A stretch of 64,000 bases of DNA, the filler included, from Stramenopiles sp. TOSAG23-2 (taxonomy: Eukaryota): assembly GCA_900128395.1 (NCBI GenBank). It is 15 parts of 15 records of this genome, joined end to end, with 100 filler letters (N's around TTAATTAATTAA, not from the genome) between each part and the next. Parts side by side here need not be neighbours in the genome. Positions count along the whole stretch, not along the records: positions 58,393 to 62,750 come from LT650918.1; positions 62,851 to 64,000 come from LT653597.1; 13 more parts are not named here. One strand, written 5' to 3'. Below the pieces are notes generated by a model. The model did not search any database. It saw only the letters and a program-made list of their open reading frames with translations, and was not told the DNA's origin. Shown one piece after another: positions 61,522 through 64,000 of the stretch. The stretch's first letter is position 1; each line of letters starts with the position of its first letter. The position numbers and the translations under genes are program-made.

Positions 61522-62454
61522 ATGTCTACCACAACTACAACCACAACCACTTCTATGGAAAAAATAAAGTCAGAAAATAATAATAATAATTCACAGGAAT
61601 ACGATGAAGATGAATATGACCGTCTATGGAAACGGCATATGTCACGACGTGAACAACGACCACAACAATTAGTGGAATTTCATGATGGTGGAAGGAGAAT
61701 TATCAATACTCAGCCATGTCGCCGTCCAAGGATGGTAGCGCCAATAATTGCAAAGTACCAACAGTTGTATCAAGCTATAAGTAAAGCTAGTAAAAACCCA
61801 ACAACGAGGTGGAGAGTTGTTGATTTATTAAAACGATATGAAAGATGGATGCAAATATGTGGCGATCGAACAACTTGTTCTGACACAGAGTTTAAACGGT
61901 TGATATCTAATGAATCAGGCATAAATGATATAATAGTGCAAGAAGTAATAGACTTAACAAATGAGGAAAATGAGGAAAATACGATTGATCTTCAAGACTG
62001 GGTTTTGGAATGTATAATCGAAAAAGTACAGAAACCAGAAGTTGATGGTGGGAAAGATAATGATATAAAATGGCAAAACGCAAAAATGTGTATGATCGGT
62101 TCTGACGATGATGTTGATAACGAAGCAGTAAAAGCAAAGCAAAATGAGCAAAAAAAGAGGAAATTTAATGAAGATATAAATGCCGGTTCTAGTTCTAGCC
62201 CAAGTAGCTTTAACAAAGAAAACAAAAAAAACAAAAAAAGAATGATGATGGCTGATGATAGTGATAATGATTTATTTAATTTTGACCGTGATAAAAATCC
62301 AGAAAAATATAATGGTGCAGTTGAAACTAGTACAGATAAAAAACTTACAAAGGAAGAAAAAAAACGTTTAGAGGAAAAGCGTAAATTAGAAAAGATAGAG
62401 CATAAGAAGAATGAGAATATGAATACGAGTACATCTGATGATGAGGAAAAATGA
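61522..62454 (+). CDS. Hypothetical charged protein (310 aa)
   Basis: ATG-initiated ORF. The C-terminus NENMNTSTSDDEE derives from the inverted repeat. Confidence 0.7.
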   Translation: MSTTTTTTTTSMEKIKSENNNNNSQEYDEDEYDRLWKRHMSRREQRPQQLVEFHDGGRRIINTQPCRRPRMVAPIIAKYQQLYQAISKASKNPTTRWRVVDLLKRYERWMQICGDRTTCSDTEFKRLISNESGINDIIVQEVIDLTNEENEENTIDLQDWVLECIIEKVQKPEVDGGKDNDIKWQNAKMCMIGSDDDVDNEAVKAKQNEQKKRKFNEDINAGSSSSPSSFNKENKKNKKRMMMADDSDNDLFNFDRDKNPEKYNGAVETSTDKKLTKEEKKRLEEKRKLEKIEHKKNENMNTSTSDDEEK

Positions 62455-62750
62455 TATTATGGATTCATAGCAGAGAGAGAGACCGAGAAGGGCGTGTGTG
62501 AAGAATTACGCGTATTTAAAATATATTATATTAAGTGTATTCACAGGGAACTAAAAGAGATTTTATGTGTGTGTGTATGTGTACAATTTTATTACTCTAA
62601 GCTAAAAAACACAACACAAAAAAATGCCATATTTTATGACAATTACTCCTCTCGCTCTAAAATATTCGTCGCACGTAATATTATACATTTTATAAATATA
62701 TAATTTCAATCCCTTTTTGGAAAAGCTTTTTTCACAAGTGGTGCACATAA
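62407..62750. repeat. Right arm of the inverted repeat (partner 58393-58746)
   Basis: The reverse complement aligns with 58393-58746, and both arms end at the same base at the contig edges. Confidence 0.92.
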
Positions 62751-62850
62751 NNNNNNNNNNNNNNNNNNNNNNNNNNNNNNNNNNNNNNNNNNNNTTAATT
62801 AATTAANNNNNNNNNNNNNNNNNNNNNNNNNNNNNNNNNNNNNNNNNNNN

Positions 62851-64000
62851 GGTGCCGCAAAAATTTTATTACGATCTACTTTCCCCCTCATATCAGGTGG
62901 CGGAAATGGTTCTTTTTTTTCCCTGGAGACAGTTCTTGGTGTTATACCACTATAATTATTATTATTATTAATATTGCCAATGCCATTACTATTGGTGTTA
63001 GTACTATTCTTATTGCTGTTGATGATATTACTATTACTACTACCATCATTATTATTATTATTATTATTGTTCATCATCATATAGCCACTTCTGTTATTGT
63101 TGTTATTATTATCATTTTCATTAAACGATGATGGAGATGATGTAAGATTTGAATTCTGAGTTTCATTGCTTCTTCTCTGATTACTTTTCTTGTAATATTT
63201 GGATAATTTTTCTATTGAAGATAAAAAATCTGGTTCCCTCAGATACGCTTTGAATTTGATTTTTTCTTCATTAAAAGATTGTTTTAATCTTTTCTTAAAG
63301 GCAAGATTATCATCTAATGTCATTTTTAGCATATTTAAATTTACATTATTTACATCGATCATTTTCTTTTTCCTACTATTGCCGTTCTCTCCATACAGCT
63401 CTATAGCTATCTGAACTATATGCTGAAATGAGGAATGATCATAGCCCTGAATACCGTATGAACGGGCGAAGTATTTGAAATTTTTTTGGTTGTTATCCAA
63501 CATCCATATACTTAATTTCTTGATATTGGAAATGTCATTTATCAAATAATTCATTATTGTTGCCCTGGAATCACTACTTCCTAACCCTAGCCCAGCTAAA
63601 AATTCACGTATTGGGCCAGTAGCCCCATACGAAACTAATACCAATGAAACAAACCTTTTAAAGAAAGTTAAAGCTTTTCTATTACCAGCACCTAATAACG
63701 CTAACCATATAATGGTACCACGTGCTTCTTTCATTTGAATTACGGCTTTACCGGATCTTTTATCCCGTCTTGAACGTACACAAGATAACACTTGGTTCAT
63801 TAGTGATGCCACATTTGGATCGTCGGGATCTTCTTTGCGCAATTCTGATACTAATTCATTTATATTGATATCCTCTATGTTATTTACATCTGACGAATTT
63901 GTAAAAAAAGTTTTGAAATAATTTTCAGCTCTATTAGTTAATTTGTCAATTGCATTTAGCACCTTAGCATCTTCAATAAAGTTATATTTAGATGGATCTT
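62851..64000 (-). CDS. Partial ORF, possibly DUF6589/KDZ (Dileera-like) transposase-related
   Basis: Open through the visible contig. ALLGAGNRKALTFFKRFVSLVLVSYGA...L..LGLG.S...IWMLDN resembles the N-terminal block of such proteins. Recognised from memory only. Confidence 0.45.

Noticed and set aside
4417-62850. Regularly spaced TTAATTAATTAA motif every ~4.5 kb
   Set aside because: It is an artificial linker embedded in N runs between size-sorted contigs.
1-64000. Alternative genetic code or a prokaryotic/viral origin of the whole window
   Set aside because: Conserved genes (NFS1, GPN3, HECT) translate cleanly in the standard code, and GT-AG introns are present.
1-64000. tRNA or rRNA genes
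   Set aside because: None were recognisable by eye. A tRNAscan-SE/Infernal run would be needed to exclude them.

Overview
This is eukaryotic, very AT-rich DNA in the standard genetic code, with poly-Asn tracts and short GT-AG introns. It is probably a marine heterotrophic protist such as a stramenopile (inference only). The window is not one locus. It is about 15 unrelated ~4.4 kb contigs sorted by decreasing length and joined by 100-bp N/TTAATTAATTAA/N linkers, so adjacency across a linker has no biological meaning. Inversion chimeras and exact local duplications suggest an amplified (single-cell-type) or fragmented assembly. Recognisable genes include a ZIP metal transporter, a D-2-hydroxyacid dehydrogenase, a TM-pseudokinase-RING/RING protein, a UPL3/TRIP12-like HECT ligase, a large discoidin/LamG/WSC extracellular protein, a signal-peptide GST, a caspase-like/MORN protein, a SPRY protein, a class-V PLP lyase, an MFS transporter, NFS1 and GPN3. 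Mobile-element remnants include Ty3/gypsy, RLE-type non-LTR, MITE-like and possible KDZ types. The most notable observations are: (1) three sequence-related phase-0 introns in unrelated genes, suggesting an introner-like family; (2) an MsrB + ZnF-UBP + ADP-ribosylhydrolase fusion in which both enzyme domains have lost catalytic residues; (3) a head-to-head pair made of a myristoylated caspase-like MORN protein and a CaaX-prenylated papain-like protein; (4) a contig bounded by diverged inverted repeats that supply the same C-terminal peptide to two divergent genes.
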